A stretch of DNA of 51,765 bases, filler included, from Sphacelaria rigidula (lineage: Eukaryota), in NCBI GenBank assembly GCA_964200075.2. It is 4 parts of 4 records of this genome, joined end to end, with 100 filler letters (N's around TTAATTAATTAA, not from the genome) between each part and the next. Parts side by side here need not be neighbours in the genome. Positions count along the whole stretch, not along the records: positions 1 to 12,867 come from CAXNAA020003348.1; positions 12,968 to 25,834 come from CAXNAA020003349.1; 2 more parts are not named here. One strand, 5' to 3'. Each line of letters begins with the position of its first letter. Position 1 is the stretch's first letter. Shown here in pieces: positions 11,249-21,970 of the stretch. The notes below the pieces were generated by a model, which did no database searches, was not told where the DNA came from, and was given only the letters and a program-made list of their open reading frames with translations. Made by a program: the position numbers and the translations under genes.

Positions 11249-12631
11249 AACTACCGTAGGTTGCTTGAGATACCACACCCTGAGGAGCGATTTTCAAAGC
11301 TCGATTACTTTTTCTCGACTGGATGGTTGCAACGCCGCCTATTTAAGCCCTGGCATCGCTTCTGGTGAGGAGTACAGGCTGGGCCAGCCTAGAAGCGGAT
11401 TTGTACTTTGCAGGCGAAGTCGCAATTTTTTTCTTGGAGTTGGAGAGTGAAATTTGGTATGGACAATCAACAGGGCATGAAGAAAAGCTGTCTGTGAGGT
11501 CCCGACGATTTTTTTTTCGTGAGTTAAGGGTATTTTACTAAGACCTCAAAACTGATTGTTGCCCTTAATTCACGAAAACAAAATCGTCGGGACTTCACAG
11601 ACAGCTTTTCTTCATGCCCTGTTGATTGTCCATACCAGATTTCACTTTCCAACTCCAAGAAAAAAACTGCGAATTTACCTTTGAAAAACCGGGCCGGTGG
11701 AAATTCGAAACAGTATTTTACAGGCCGTTCATCGGCCCACGTTTGGTGTTTGTGGGTCGAAACTTTGTGCGGGACCTCGCTAGGTCGTGATGAACCAAGA
11801 AAAATGGGTGAGGTTGGGTTTTATTTTGTTTTTCACTGATTGAGGGCGTTTTAGTATGGTAACGATCATTTTTCTACGAGAACGCCCGAACCTCTCATGA
11901 AAAAAAAAATGAAGGCCCATTTTTTTTACTTAGCATACCTCTGTTGTTCTCCATGCCAAGTTTCAAATCACAATTCTAAAAATTGAGCTGAAAAGTTGAG
12001 ATAAGGCCCAAGAGCAATGTTCATTTCTCCTCAAAACCCCCCTAAAAACACGAAAAAAAATGGAAAAAAAACGAAGAAGGAAAAAAAAGGTTTTGATTTC
12101 ATTATGCACTAGCGGTTCTCCATACCAAATTTCATAGCACAACTCTCAAAAGCTGCGACGCGATATCCAGATTTAGGTCATCTAGTGCCTCTGCTCGTAA
12201 TATACTGATTTTAGTGTGGAACCTTATGTGCGCCATACCTCGAGGTAGATAACGAATTAGGTGAAAGTGAGGGTATCTATCGTCTCCCCGTGCTCCAGGG
12301 AAGGTCCATACCAAAAATCGACATCATCCGCTCGATCGATCGTTCGGGGTTTCATATACATTTTAGTGCGGGCGCTATCTCCGCGACGTATAGGAAGTGC
12401 TATACATGGGGTTTACTCGACGAGAAACAAAATGGCCCAGATTTTTGAGCACATGGGCACCTTCCCCTTGATTGGACGATTAATACGATATGCGGATCAC
12501 GGCCCAACTCGTCTGTGTCGTTGAGATATCGCTTTGAGAGCTTTAATCCGTTCTTAGGCTGGCCCAGCTCGTAAGTGAGCTTTGAAAATCTGTCGAGGGG
12601 ATGTGGTTTTCTCAAGTGACCTACAATAGTG
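11249..12631. mobile_element. About 1.4-kb non-autonomous TIR element, CACTA-like, with internal hairpin
   Basis: 11249-11400 is inverted to 12545-12631. The right end is TAGTG (reverse complement CACTA), the left AACTA. Internal inverted arms of about 110 bp at 11420-11530/11561-11672. Relatives at 34960-37705 (inverted) and 47830-47975. No TSD seen. Confidence 0.6.
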
Positions 12632-12867
12632 AGTGAGGGTGTCAGTATGCCAGTGTACTGCTCGGTCTTGTACACTGCGGCCATACCAAAACAGCCGTAT
12701 CGTATCGAATATCGATACTCGATACGTATCGTGTCATTTTCGGAATATCGACAAAAATATCGGTATCGGCCGTTGTGGTTCGATATTCTAAGAATATCTA
12801 TCGAACTTTATTCTCGGTCCGATATGCAACTCTGGCAGACGCTAAAAGAACTATACAAGGAGGAGGG

Positions 12868-12967
12868 NNNNNNNNNNNNNNNNNNNNNNNNNNNNNNNNN
12901 NNNNNNNNNNNTTAATTAATTAANNNNNNNNNNNNNNNNNNNNNNNNNNNNNNNNNNNNNNNNNNNN
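12868..12967. other. Artificial contig linker N44-TTAATTAATTAA-N44 (also 25835-25934 and 38801-38900)
   Basis: Three identical 100-nt structures with stops in all six frames. Confidence 0.95.
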
Positions 12968-13052
12968 TGGATGAGATAAGGGGCTCCTAACAATTCCAAT
13001 CTCAGAAATTATTTCTGTACCCCTACCGTAGCATCACTCATGACAGTCACTA

Positions 13053-13500
13053 CGATTTGAAGGATGTGGAGATTCGGTGGAAATTGGGCTTGGAATCCGT
13101 ATGTTCAATTTCGGAACAGTTTGAAAGGCGCTGATTGGTCGAGACACATTTTTGTCCATAGCGCCACCGATATAGCCTTGAAAGAAAAATCCGGCTATGT
13201 CACCCTCTCCGTCTATTCATTGCGGTCAGTATGATACCATGTATGCGACTATTGGGTGCGTATTGCAGAAGGCATTGCTGATGATATATATATATATATA
13301 TTTTTTTTTTCCGTGAACCAGCCTGTACGTGGACCAGGTTAGCAGGTGAGGAATATTGAATACTATTCATTATATACTTCATTCGGATTCGCCGACAGAG
13401 AACATCTAACAATGTTCTCGTGAGATTGAGGGTGAAAAACTGTCAACTAGTGACTGAATCCTTTCAGTTCCGAAATGCCCCTCCACGAGGCCCGTTATGA
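13053..13500. repeat. Repeat of about 450 bp, inverted relative to 18590-18994
   Basis: The reverse complement of 13161-13283 aligns clearly to 18780-18901, with patchier similarity beyond. Outer ends TA|CGATTTGAAG and CTTCAGGTCG|TA. Confidence 0.65.
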
Positions 13501-14439
13501 GATGGTGGCGAGGACGTTTCGTCTGCTCGTGAGAAGACGTCTTGCCACTAGGTGGCAGGACTGTCGTTGTACGACTGTTACCGTCCCTGAATTGTATCGT
13601 AAAACCCCACTACAGGGCTACACTGTCTTGTGACCCGCACATGGTTCATGACGAGCATCAGGCCGAATATGGTGCTTGCTGGTGATCTCCCATAACGTAG
13701 CCATGTAGCGGCGAACGACTATCCTCTAACAGGCTCCCCAGATGTTAGCAGGCCGTGGTAGCTCAAGGTTCAAGCTGCGACAGGCGAAAACCAACTCCGC
13801 TCGCGCGCGAGAGTGAGCTACAACCTGGGAAGTACTCTGAAACCAGGTCGACGTGTGGCAACCCAGGTTCCAGTCCGAACATTCCACATTATTGGGGCCT
13901 CTTCGATGATTCCAACCTAAACTCTGTACAACAGCCTCCGCCTCCACAACAATCGGGTGAAGAGACCGAGTTCCTTACTACTAACTGAAGGAAAACAGAA
14001 AAAAATCATCTACTTCGTCCGGGGCCGACTAATAGAGTGCGGCACCTCTTGTTGCGTTTCTGGCGCATATTTTACCAGCTCTCTGTACCCTGTGGCTGTA
14101 CAGCAAATATCAACTCTGAACACGAATTACACTGCTGAAGCTAAGAATGATCATTTCGTCCTTCACGCACGGCGGAAGAGTTTCACCATCGCCGAGACCA
14201 TGTTGCCTGTACTTAGTTCATACAAAGAGGAGCAGGATGAAAGTATAGCAGTAGCCCGTGAAGACAACACAGAAGTACTCTCGACTGACTAGTTGGGGTA
14301 GCCTCCAACCGTCAAAAACTTTCTTCTGGACATCGAATCCCACTGCCCTAACGTCAGCTACTAGGCCTGCGCGAGGCACGCCCCAACTTCAACTGCACGG
14401 GGTAGATAAGCTACAAACGTCAGGTGCGGCAAACAAGAA

Positions 14440-15696
14440 GGTTTCGGCACCGCATGTTAAATTGTCTACTCGAAGCGACCCCCGAACTCCTGACATCGAC
14501 AGCCACAGGGACGCAGGTGACGCCACACTCTCGATCGGCTGGTCGAAGTGGTTTCCGAATGTCAGCTGCTACAAGTAGAGTTCATGCTCGGTAGAATGAA
14601 GTTGCCCCATTTCTCTTTTGTTGTAGACACCGAATCCCGCATCCTCAATGGAGACAGTTCTCCTCGTGTGCGCAGAACGCGTTTTTTCAAATAGGCGCCA
14701 ATTTGACGTCTGGCAACGCACACTTTGCCAAAGGAACACGTGGCACCCCCCTCGCCCGATGGTTCTCGGTATGCCTTCGTTGGGGTGAGGGTTAAGATGA
14801 GGGTTAGGGCCACAATTATTCTTAATCATAAATTTTCGATAACGTTCTTCACCCTATCAAGTCGTATGCTAACCTTGCTGCCACAGCCAAGCAGACCATG
14901 CCACACCCTTCATCAGCTGGTTGAATTGTTCTCCGAACGCCAGCTGCTGCAGTCACGCAGGCAATGATACACGTCAATCAGCTGATTGACGCCATATCTG
15001 GACGTCAGCTGCTGCAGCAACGCAGGTTATGCCACACCCTCAATCGGCGTAACGAAGGCATATCCGAACGCTAGCTGCTGCAGTCACGCAGGCCATGATA
15101 GACCTCGATCGGTTGGTCGAAGCCATATCCCAACGTCAGCTGCTACAGCCAAGCTGACCATGCCACACTCTTCATCAGATGGTTGAAGTGTTCTCCGAAT
15201 ACCAGCTGCTGCAGTCACGTAGGCGATGACACACCTCAATCTGCTGGTTCAAGTATTCTACGAACGCCTGTTGCTGCAGTCACGCAGGCCATATTAAACA
15301 TCGATCGACTGATTGAAGCCCTATCCCAAGGTGTGCTGCCACAGCAACGCAGGTCATGCCACATCCCCGATCGGCTGCTTGAAGGAAGATTCGAACGTCA
15401 GCTGCTGCAGCGACGTAGACCCATGCGACACTATCGATCGGCTGGTTGAATGTATCTCCAAACATCAGCTGCTGGAGGGTCACAGGCAACGCCACATACT
15501 CAATCGGCTGGTTGAATGAACCTTCAAAGTTCAGCTGCTGGAGCAACGCAGGCTAGGCCACTCCTTGAATTGGCTGGTTGAAGAATTCTCCGAACGTCAG
15601 CTGCTGCACAGACGCAGGCCATGCTAACCTCTCAATCGCCAAATCATCGCCTCGGCCAAACATTAGCTGCTGCAGCGATGCAGGCCACGGCACACC
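14440..15696 (-). pseudogene. Degenerate continuation of the FNIP array (about 13 units with stops and frameshifts), split by an insertion at about 14577-14870
   Basis: 66-bp periodicity and FNQPI..WPA.LQQL.FG translations continue past the TAG at 15697, with many TAG/TGA/TAA codons and 1-nt indels. Confidence 0.85.
14577..14870. mobile_element. About 290-bp insertion in the dead FNIP array, carrying TTAGGG-like motifs
   Basis: Interrupts the 66-bp repeat, has weakly inverted ends, and contains ggggtgagggttaagatgagggttaggg at about 14782-14809. Confidence 0.5.
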
Positions 15697-17121
15697 CTAA
15701 ATCGGTTGGTTGTAGTCTCCAAAAGTCAGCCTCTGCAGCGAGGCAGGCCATGTCACTCTCTCGATCGGCGCATCGAAGGAAAATCCGAACGTCAGCTGCT
15801 GCAGCGACACAGGCCATGCCACATCCTCGATCGGCTGGTTGAAGTAACCTCCGAACGTCAGCTGCTGCAGCGACGCAGGCCATGCCACACCCTCGATCGG
15901 CTGGTTGAACGATCTTCCGAACGTCAGCTGCTGCAGCGACACAGGCCATGCCACACCCTCGATCGGTGCATTGAAGAAATGTCCGAACGTCAGCTGCTGC
16001 AGCGACGCAGGCCATGCCACATCCTCGATCGGCTGGTTGAACAACGCTCCGAACGTCAGCTGGCGCAGCGATGCAGGCCATACCACACCCTCGATCGGCG
16101 CATCGAACAATTCTCCGAACGTCAGCTGCTGCAGCGACACAGGCCATGCCACACCCTCGATCGGCTGGTTGAACAACGCTCCGAACGTCAGCTGCTGCAG
16201 CGACGCAGGCCATGCCACAGGCTCGATCGGCGCATCGAAGGAAAATCCGAACGTCAGCTGCTGCAGCGACACAGGCCATGCCACACCCTCGATCGGCTGG
16301 TTGAAATAACCTCCGAACGTCAGCTGCTGCAGCGACTCAGGCCATGCCACATCCTCGATCGGCTGGTTGAATTCTGCACCGAACGTCAGCTGCTGCAGCG
16401 ATGTAGGCCATGCCACATCCTCGATCGGCTGGTTGAACGATCTTCCGAAGGTCAGCTGCTGCAGCGACGCAGGCCATGCCACAGCCTCGATCGGCTGGTT
16501 GAAGTACTCTCCGAACGTCAGCTGCTGCAGCGACGTAGGCCAGGATACACCCTCGATCGGCTGGTTAAAGCAATCTCCGAACGTCAGCTGCTGCAGAGAC
16601 GCAGGCCACACCACTCTCGAAATGGGTTGATTAAACTTTGCCAGTGCATCTCTGTCCCAGAAAACAATTTTCCCGAGTTGCGGGGGCCAGACCACACTGT
16701 CCAGACTACGATTGAACATGCTGTGAAAGTACACGCCTCGTACATTAGCCAAGACGTTGGTCCTGCAAGACATGAAAGCTGCGTCAGCACTCGGCATCCA
16801 CAGAACGCTACGTACTCGTAGCAATGGCACTCGAGTTGCATCGGTGCGGCCCTTGGATCCAGCTATCAGAGTCGGAAATTGTTCGGTAGCATCCGTCCAT
16901 AGCCTGCGCGGTGTAGATCTCCCACATGTCATACGCAGGGCGCATAGACTGCGACAAGCGATACAGAGCTGTAGTGAAGCCAGCTGTAACTGTTTCATCG
17001 GCATATACGGCTCACCCGAGGAGGAAGTCTGGTTGAGGGCTGTGGTGAAGGCCTCCAGACAAAGGTTGTTGCCTGACACAAGAGTATGAAACGAATACGT
17101 TACGCGTTTAGCTCCGATCAT
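15697..17121 (-). CDS. FNIP-repeat (LRR-like solenoid) protein, apparently intronless, about 474 aa
   Basis: 14 tandem 22-aa units FNQPIEGVAWPASLQQLTFGxx (15697-16635) after a unique N-terminal region. The start codon is uncertain. Confidence 0.9.
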   Translation of the reverse strand: MIGAKRVTYSFHTLVSGNNLCLEAFTTALNQTSSSGEPYMPMKQLQLASLQLCIACRSLCALRMTCGRSTPRRLWTDATEQFPTLIAGSKGRTDATRVPLLRVRSVLWMPSADAAFMSCRTNVLANVRGVYFHSMFNRSLDSVVWPPQLGKIVFWDRDALAKFNQPISRVVWPASLQQLTFGDCFNQPIEGVSWPTSLQQLTFGEYFNQPIEAVAWPASLQQLTFGRSFNQPIEDVAWPTSLQQLTFGAEFNQPIEDVAWPESLQQLTFGGYFNQPIEGVAWPVSLQQLTFGFSFDAPIEPVAWPASLQQLTFGALFNQPIEGVAWPVSLQQLTFGELFDAPIEGVVWPASLRQLTFGALFNQPIEDVAWPASLQQLTFGHFFNAPIEGVAWPVSLQQLTFGRSFNQPIEGVAWPASLQQLTFGGYFNQPIEDVAWPVSLQQLTFGFSFDAPIERVTWPASLQRLTFGDYNQPI

Positions 17122-18087
17122 CAAGCAGCGTACACGTGGAACTTATCGCACGCTAATTACACAACCTAGGCCTGTACATAGCCTGCACGCCCAGCGAAGA
17201 AATCGGAATACACTAAATTGCGAAAACGCGACAGCAAGGAAGACCCAATCGCGAGCGTTCCTGAGCTCGTTTCCGTCGCAAGTTCCTGGCGGGAAAGTGA
17301 TGATGGAGAATCATCGTCGGATGATTTCCGACTAGTCTACGGTGACAACTCGTATCACGTCATGTCACCACGAATTGTTTATAGGAGGTGAGGTAGAATC
17401 GGAGCGTTGAGTTCGCGGTTTGTGTAGCCCCTCCATATCGAACTTGCGCACTTTGTCTACGATTGTATGCGCATTGGTACGCCAGTCGACCACAAACCGC
17501 AATATAAACGAAACTACCACGCGGGGAATCATTTGCACTCGAACATACCACAATATACTAAGCTGTAGGTCTCGTACATTAGTGTCAACTATATACGCCA
17601 CAATCGTGATGCGATGAAAGTGTTCCACTCCTTGTCGAGACCATTCTCACCTGCCGCGTCCACGCCGACATCAGAGACGACGCGCCGAATAACTTTGGAC
17701 CCGCCGGCAGCTGAAACTGTGCCACGAGCACGCACCATCGTTCAGCACTTCACGCCAACAACTCTATGCGGCCGGTCACGGTGCGTTGGGCACACGTAGA
17801 AACCCTCTCGTGATGGTTATCACTCGTGCACACCTGAGATCGGACATGTGAGAAACGACATCGTGTGGGTGAATCTCGGTCACGACACCATTCACAGGAG
17901 AGCACATGACACTCAAAGTGGTACATCCTCCAACCGCCGTGGTCAGCGTAGAACGACATGATACTCGCTACGCCAACGAGCGGAGGGCGGCCTCCAGCGC
18001 ATGTTGGTATCATGCAAAACGTCACGCAGCTAGTGGCATTACCTACCCTTCAACCAGGTGTGGAAGGAGTGATCACCTGTGTGGGGG

Positions 18088-18486
18088 TCCGTCGCCCCAG
18101 TGGTTCAGTTGGTGACCTCGAAACTTCCTGGCGGTTGAGACGTGGGTTCGAATCTAAGTGAAGTCACGCGACCTGGGATTCTTTCTCACATCATGCTCGA
18201 CAGTAGAGAGACTGTGTCGTTTGTACACAAAGTTTGATCTCACAGTCGACGAGGGAAAAGGATCACGGAATCCTTCCCGCGATAACAAAAGCAAGGCGAG
18301 TACCGCAGAGGAAGGTGGACTACCGGAAGGAAATACAAAACTAAAAAGCTCCCGCGTTGACTTTCCTCCTGAGTGACCCCCGGCTGATGCGCTCACATAT
18401 GCCGAGTTGTGTAGAGCGACATTTAGATCAGACGTGATGACCACACACACACGCACACATACACAACACACATCAAACAGCACACA
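18088..18486 (+). mobile_element. tRNA-derived SINE, copy 2
   Basis: A box TGGTTCAGTTGG 18101-18112, B box GGTTCGAATCT 18145-18155, colinear with copy 1, CA-rich tail. Confidence 0.8.
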
Positions 18487-18589
18487 CCAGAGTTTCGACA
18501 GGACATCAGTATCGCCGATTAGCAACTGCGTCAGTGGCGCTAATGGTATTGATCACGGAATTTTCATCTTTTCCCGATTCGTGTTCCAG

Positions 18590-18994
18590 ATAGCGTGCTG
18601 CCTGGAGGAAAAATTACAGTCGTACAGAACTGGAGCACTCTAGTGTGCATCACGCTGTTCTCTTCTTCTCAACGCAAAGCAAACTCGCATCAGCACGATG
18701 CCACAAGGCTGAAATCGTGGTGGGGTACAAAATATTGCTTCTGACACGCCGGTTCATGCTCATCACCAAACGCTGTGCTATCAGCATATGCCTCCAGCAA
18801 TACCTGCCCAATAGTCGCATACATGACATCACACTGACCGCCATGGCCAACTGAATAGGGTGACGTAGCCGAATTTTTGTTCAAGGCCATGAGGGTGGCG
18901 GTTGACGTAGCCCAACTGAATAGGTCGATCGATCAGAGGCCTTCAGGTTGTTTCCCACCATAAAATATGCCCGATCTTCACATGCTTCAGGTCG
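18590..18994. repeat. Inverted partner of 13053-13500
   Basis: Shared cccaatagtcgcatacatg and agggtgac.tagccg blocks in opposite orientation. Confidence 0.65.
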
Positions 18995-19309
18995 TACAGT
19001 AGTAACCGGCATGAGGTCATATATCAAAAAGACAAAACAGATTTGAAAACGGTTACTACTGTTTCAGTTACTCCCAGCAACCGTGGTACCTCGTTTCTGT
19101 GGGTCCTTGGCGTCGTCGGACTTCCCTGACGATAGGCACTATAGACTCGAAAGACCTGACGGTCTCTCTCATGTGTATGTCGCGGAAGAGCTCAGACCGC
19201 TCTCAGATTTGGCAGTTCGGTAGGTATTATTGGTGCTACCCATGAATAAGGCATTGCTGAAAATACTTCAAATGAAATGATGCGTCCAGAGGGTATCCAA
19301 GGGACATTT

Positions 19310-19651
19310 CACACTCTGGACAATACAATATGCTTTCAATATATGTTAGTCGATCATATTGAAATTTTGCGATATATTGCCGGCGTAATATATATATATA
19401 TATATATATATTGGTACCCTTGGACTGCACACGTATTGCGCGCCCAATATATATTGATGTCGTGTGACTGCATACATATTGTCCCATCAATATATATATA
19501 TATTGGGGCAGCGTGGGCGACAGCATATTTCAAGACCAATATATTATTGGGGTCGCATTGGTGAGAACATATTGACCGGTCGATATATAGTGGGTCTACG
19601 TGGATGCCAATGTATTGGCCGGTCAATATATATATTGGATATTAAGAGTAT
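19310..19651. mobile_element. hAT-like family member with CAATATATATATTG-type internal repeats
   Basis: Starts CACACTCTGGACAAT, the reverse complement of the end at 37245-37259. The right end is degenerate. Confidence 0.5.
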
Positions 19652-19763
19652 GGTGTACGTTTTGAGAAAGATCCAAAGATGCGATGGACGCCGGAGCCCG
19701 TGCAGCTTGGGAAAAGCGTCGCGTGCATCAATACGGAGAGTTGTCGAATGCGTATGACATATA

Positions 19764-19873
19764 CTATTCTTATTCATTATGTTTGTCCGCATTCCGCGTC
19801 TCTGGGCGCAGGTGCAACAATCACCGGGCCTGACAGCGCACCATTCCTCCGAAGTCCGACGCACCAGCGGCCA
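19764..19873 (+). repeat. About 110-bp direct repeat; second copy at 25724-25834 runs into the gap
   Basis: cattatgtttgtccgcatt...gcgcaccattcctccgaagtccgacgcaccagc is shared. Confidence 0.85.
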
Positions 19874-20002
19874 GTATTTGAATCTTCCGTTTCTCTGTGA
19901 CGTTCAACATCTCCCGTGCATCTTTGAGGAATTTTCCCTATATCCACACCTTCCCGTTTCACTTCGCGGAATTTGCCCATTTCTCCGCGGAATTTACTCT
20001 GG

Positions 20003-20740
20003 GACCAGTGACTCCCCTAGCCACCCTAATCTCTACTCGGAATTACCGCAACCTGTTTCCGTGTAACTCTTCACTTCTCTCTCTTCCTGGGGATTTCACG
20101 CGCGGGACCTCCAACAACACCGGTGACGCGCCGAGCCGTTCGACTTTTCCCTCATGAAAATCTAACGCACCTTATTTCCCCGGCACCAGTGACTTACTCC
20201 TCACCCGTCAATCCGACGGAACCTGCACGTCTCTCAGATCCCCCCCCCTCCAGTGACACAGAATCTGTCACTTTTCCGTGTAACTCTTCACCTCTCTCTC
20301 CTCCTGGAGTCTTCACGCGCGGGAACTCCAACAACACCAGTGACGCACCGAGCCGTTTGACTTTTCCCTCATGAAAGTCTAACGCACGTTATTTTCCCGG
20401 CACCAGTGACTTACTCCTCACCCGTCAATCCCACGGAACCTGCTGGCTTCCCCGTACCAGTGACGTGGACCAATGACTTCCCTAGCCACCATAATCTGAC
20501 ATTTCCCTTCTCGGAATTACCGCAACCTATTTCCGTGGCATCTTTTCATATCTTTTCCCTCCTTTGGATTGAACGCGCGGAACCCCCGACACCAGTGACG
20601 CGCCGAGCCGTTAGACTTTTCCCTCATTAAAATCTAACGCACCTTATTTCCCCGGAACCAGTGACCTACTCTTCACCCGCCAATGCAACGGAACCTCTAT
20701 GTCTCTCCGGTGCCAGTGACGTTCACAGCCGTTTGACATA
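20003..20740. repeat. Three imperfect tandem units of about 217-255 bp rich in CCAGTGAC
   Basis: gagccgtt.gacttttccctcat.aaa.tctaacgcac recurs near 20132, 20350 and 20605. Confidence 0.8.
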
Positions 20741-20959
20741 GTGGCTTTGGCGCTGGTCAGTTTCACCAGTCACTCCGAAATCTGTGAGTGTGGCTTCTCG
20801 GCTTTTGCGTAGTCGGATTGCCGTGGTCAGTGGAAGTGCCCGACACCGGGCACGTTGACAACGATTACTTCTGCACATCTTATCAGTCGCCTACCTGCTG
20901 TACTGATGTGTATGACTGTATATGACCCATGATGAACAACCGCCGCGGTTAAACAGCTA

Positions 20960-21970
20960 AACCCTTTGACGGCGGAGCCAGTCATCTGTTGAATCGACAT
21001 CAATTTCACCTGAAAATGTATGCTTGATTGCGATGACCGATGCTTGCAGTCAAAGGGTCAACCCTTTGACCGCGAGGTTAGGTCACCTGCTGAATCGGCA
21101 TCAATTTCACTGGGAAACGTCTTATGATCCAGATGGACTACCCGCATCGCGGTCTGAGGGTTAACCCTGTGACTGTAGTCAGACAGCCGTGGTCGGCGAT
21201 GGTGCGCGACGCCACGCATGTTGACAATAATCTCTTCTGCACACCATTTCAGTCACTTACTTGCTGTACCGCTTTGTATGACTGTATATGACCCGTGAAC
21301 AACCGCCGCGGTCACGCGGTTAACCCTTTGACGGCGAGAGTAGGTCCTCTGTTGAATTGGCATCAATTTCACCTGAAAAAGTATTCTTGATTCCGATAAC
21401 CGACCCGGTCACCAGCTGAATCACGATAAATTTCCCTGGGGAAAGTATGCGTGATCCAGATGGACTACCCGCATCGCAGTCTGAGGGTCAACCCTTTGAC
21501 CGTCAGGGTAGGCCATCTGGGCCATTGACGATTCAATAAATGATCTATTATATGTGGTAGCGGTCACAGCATCAGATTATTTCCCATTATTATTAACCCT
21601 TTGGGGACCGGATTCTCAGAAGCATGCGGTTTGCACGCAGCGGCCTTTTTGTGAATCAGCAACGTTTTTACTTGAAAACGAGTGAAAATGATGCCGATTC
21701 ACAAAAAGGCCCCTGAGTGCAAACTCTACATTTTTCTGGGGATCCGGTCCCGAAAGAGTTGGCCCTTTGACGGCGAGGGTAGGTCAGCTGCTGAATTGGC
21801 ATCAATTTCACTTGAAAAAGTATGCGTTATCCAGATGGACTACCCGCATCGCGGTCTAAGGGTTAACCCTTAGACCGCGAGGGTAGTCCATATCTGGATC
21901 ATGCATACTTTTTTCAAGTGAGATTGATGGCGACTCAACAAATGACCTACCCTCGCCGTCGAAGGGTTAA
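20960..21970. mobile_element. Cluster of about 100-bp piggyBac-like MITEs joined at TTAA, plus a different TTAA-CCCTTT MITE (21596-21758)
   Basis: Units CCCTTTGAC(C/G)GCGA...TCGCGGTC(T/A)(A/G)AGGG bounded by TTAA/TCAA. Inverted pair 21763-21862 and 21867-21966 shares TTAA 21863-21866. Confidence 0.75.

Noticed and set aside
11279-11310. CTGAGGA-stem motif as a second hammerhead
   Set aside because: GATT replaces GAAA, there are no stems I or III, and it is part of a TIR arm.
12868-12967. TTAATTAATTAA palindrome repeated three times
   Set aside because: Scaffolding linker embedded in Ns; not biological.
13543-13557. TGCCACTAGGTGGCA resembling the CTCF motif
   Set aside because: CTCF is restricted to animals (Bilateria); this is simply a short palindrome.
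14880-16635. CRISPR-like pattern of constant repeats with variable inserts
   Set aside because: The period is 66 bp in frame, the variable part is only about 6 nt, it encodes FNIP protein, there are no cas genes, and the context is eukaryotic.
15644-16821. Long overlapping ORFs (371 aa +, 211 aa -, 134 aa +)
   Set aside because: Shadow frames: a stop-free 66-bp unit stays open in other frames when repeated.
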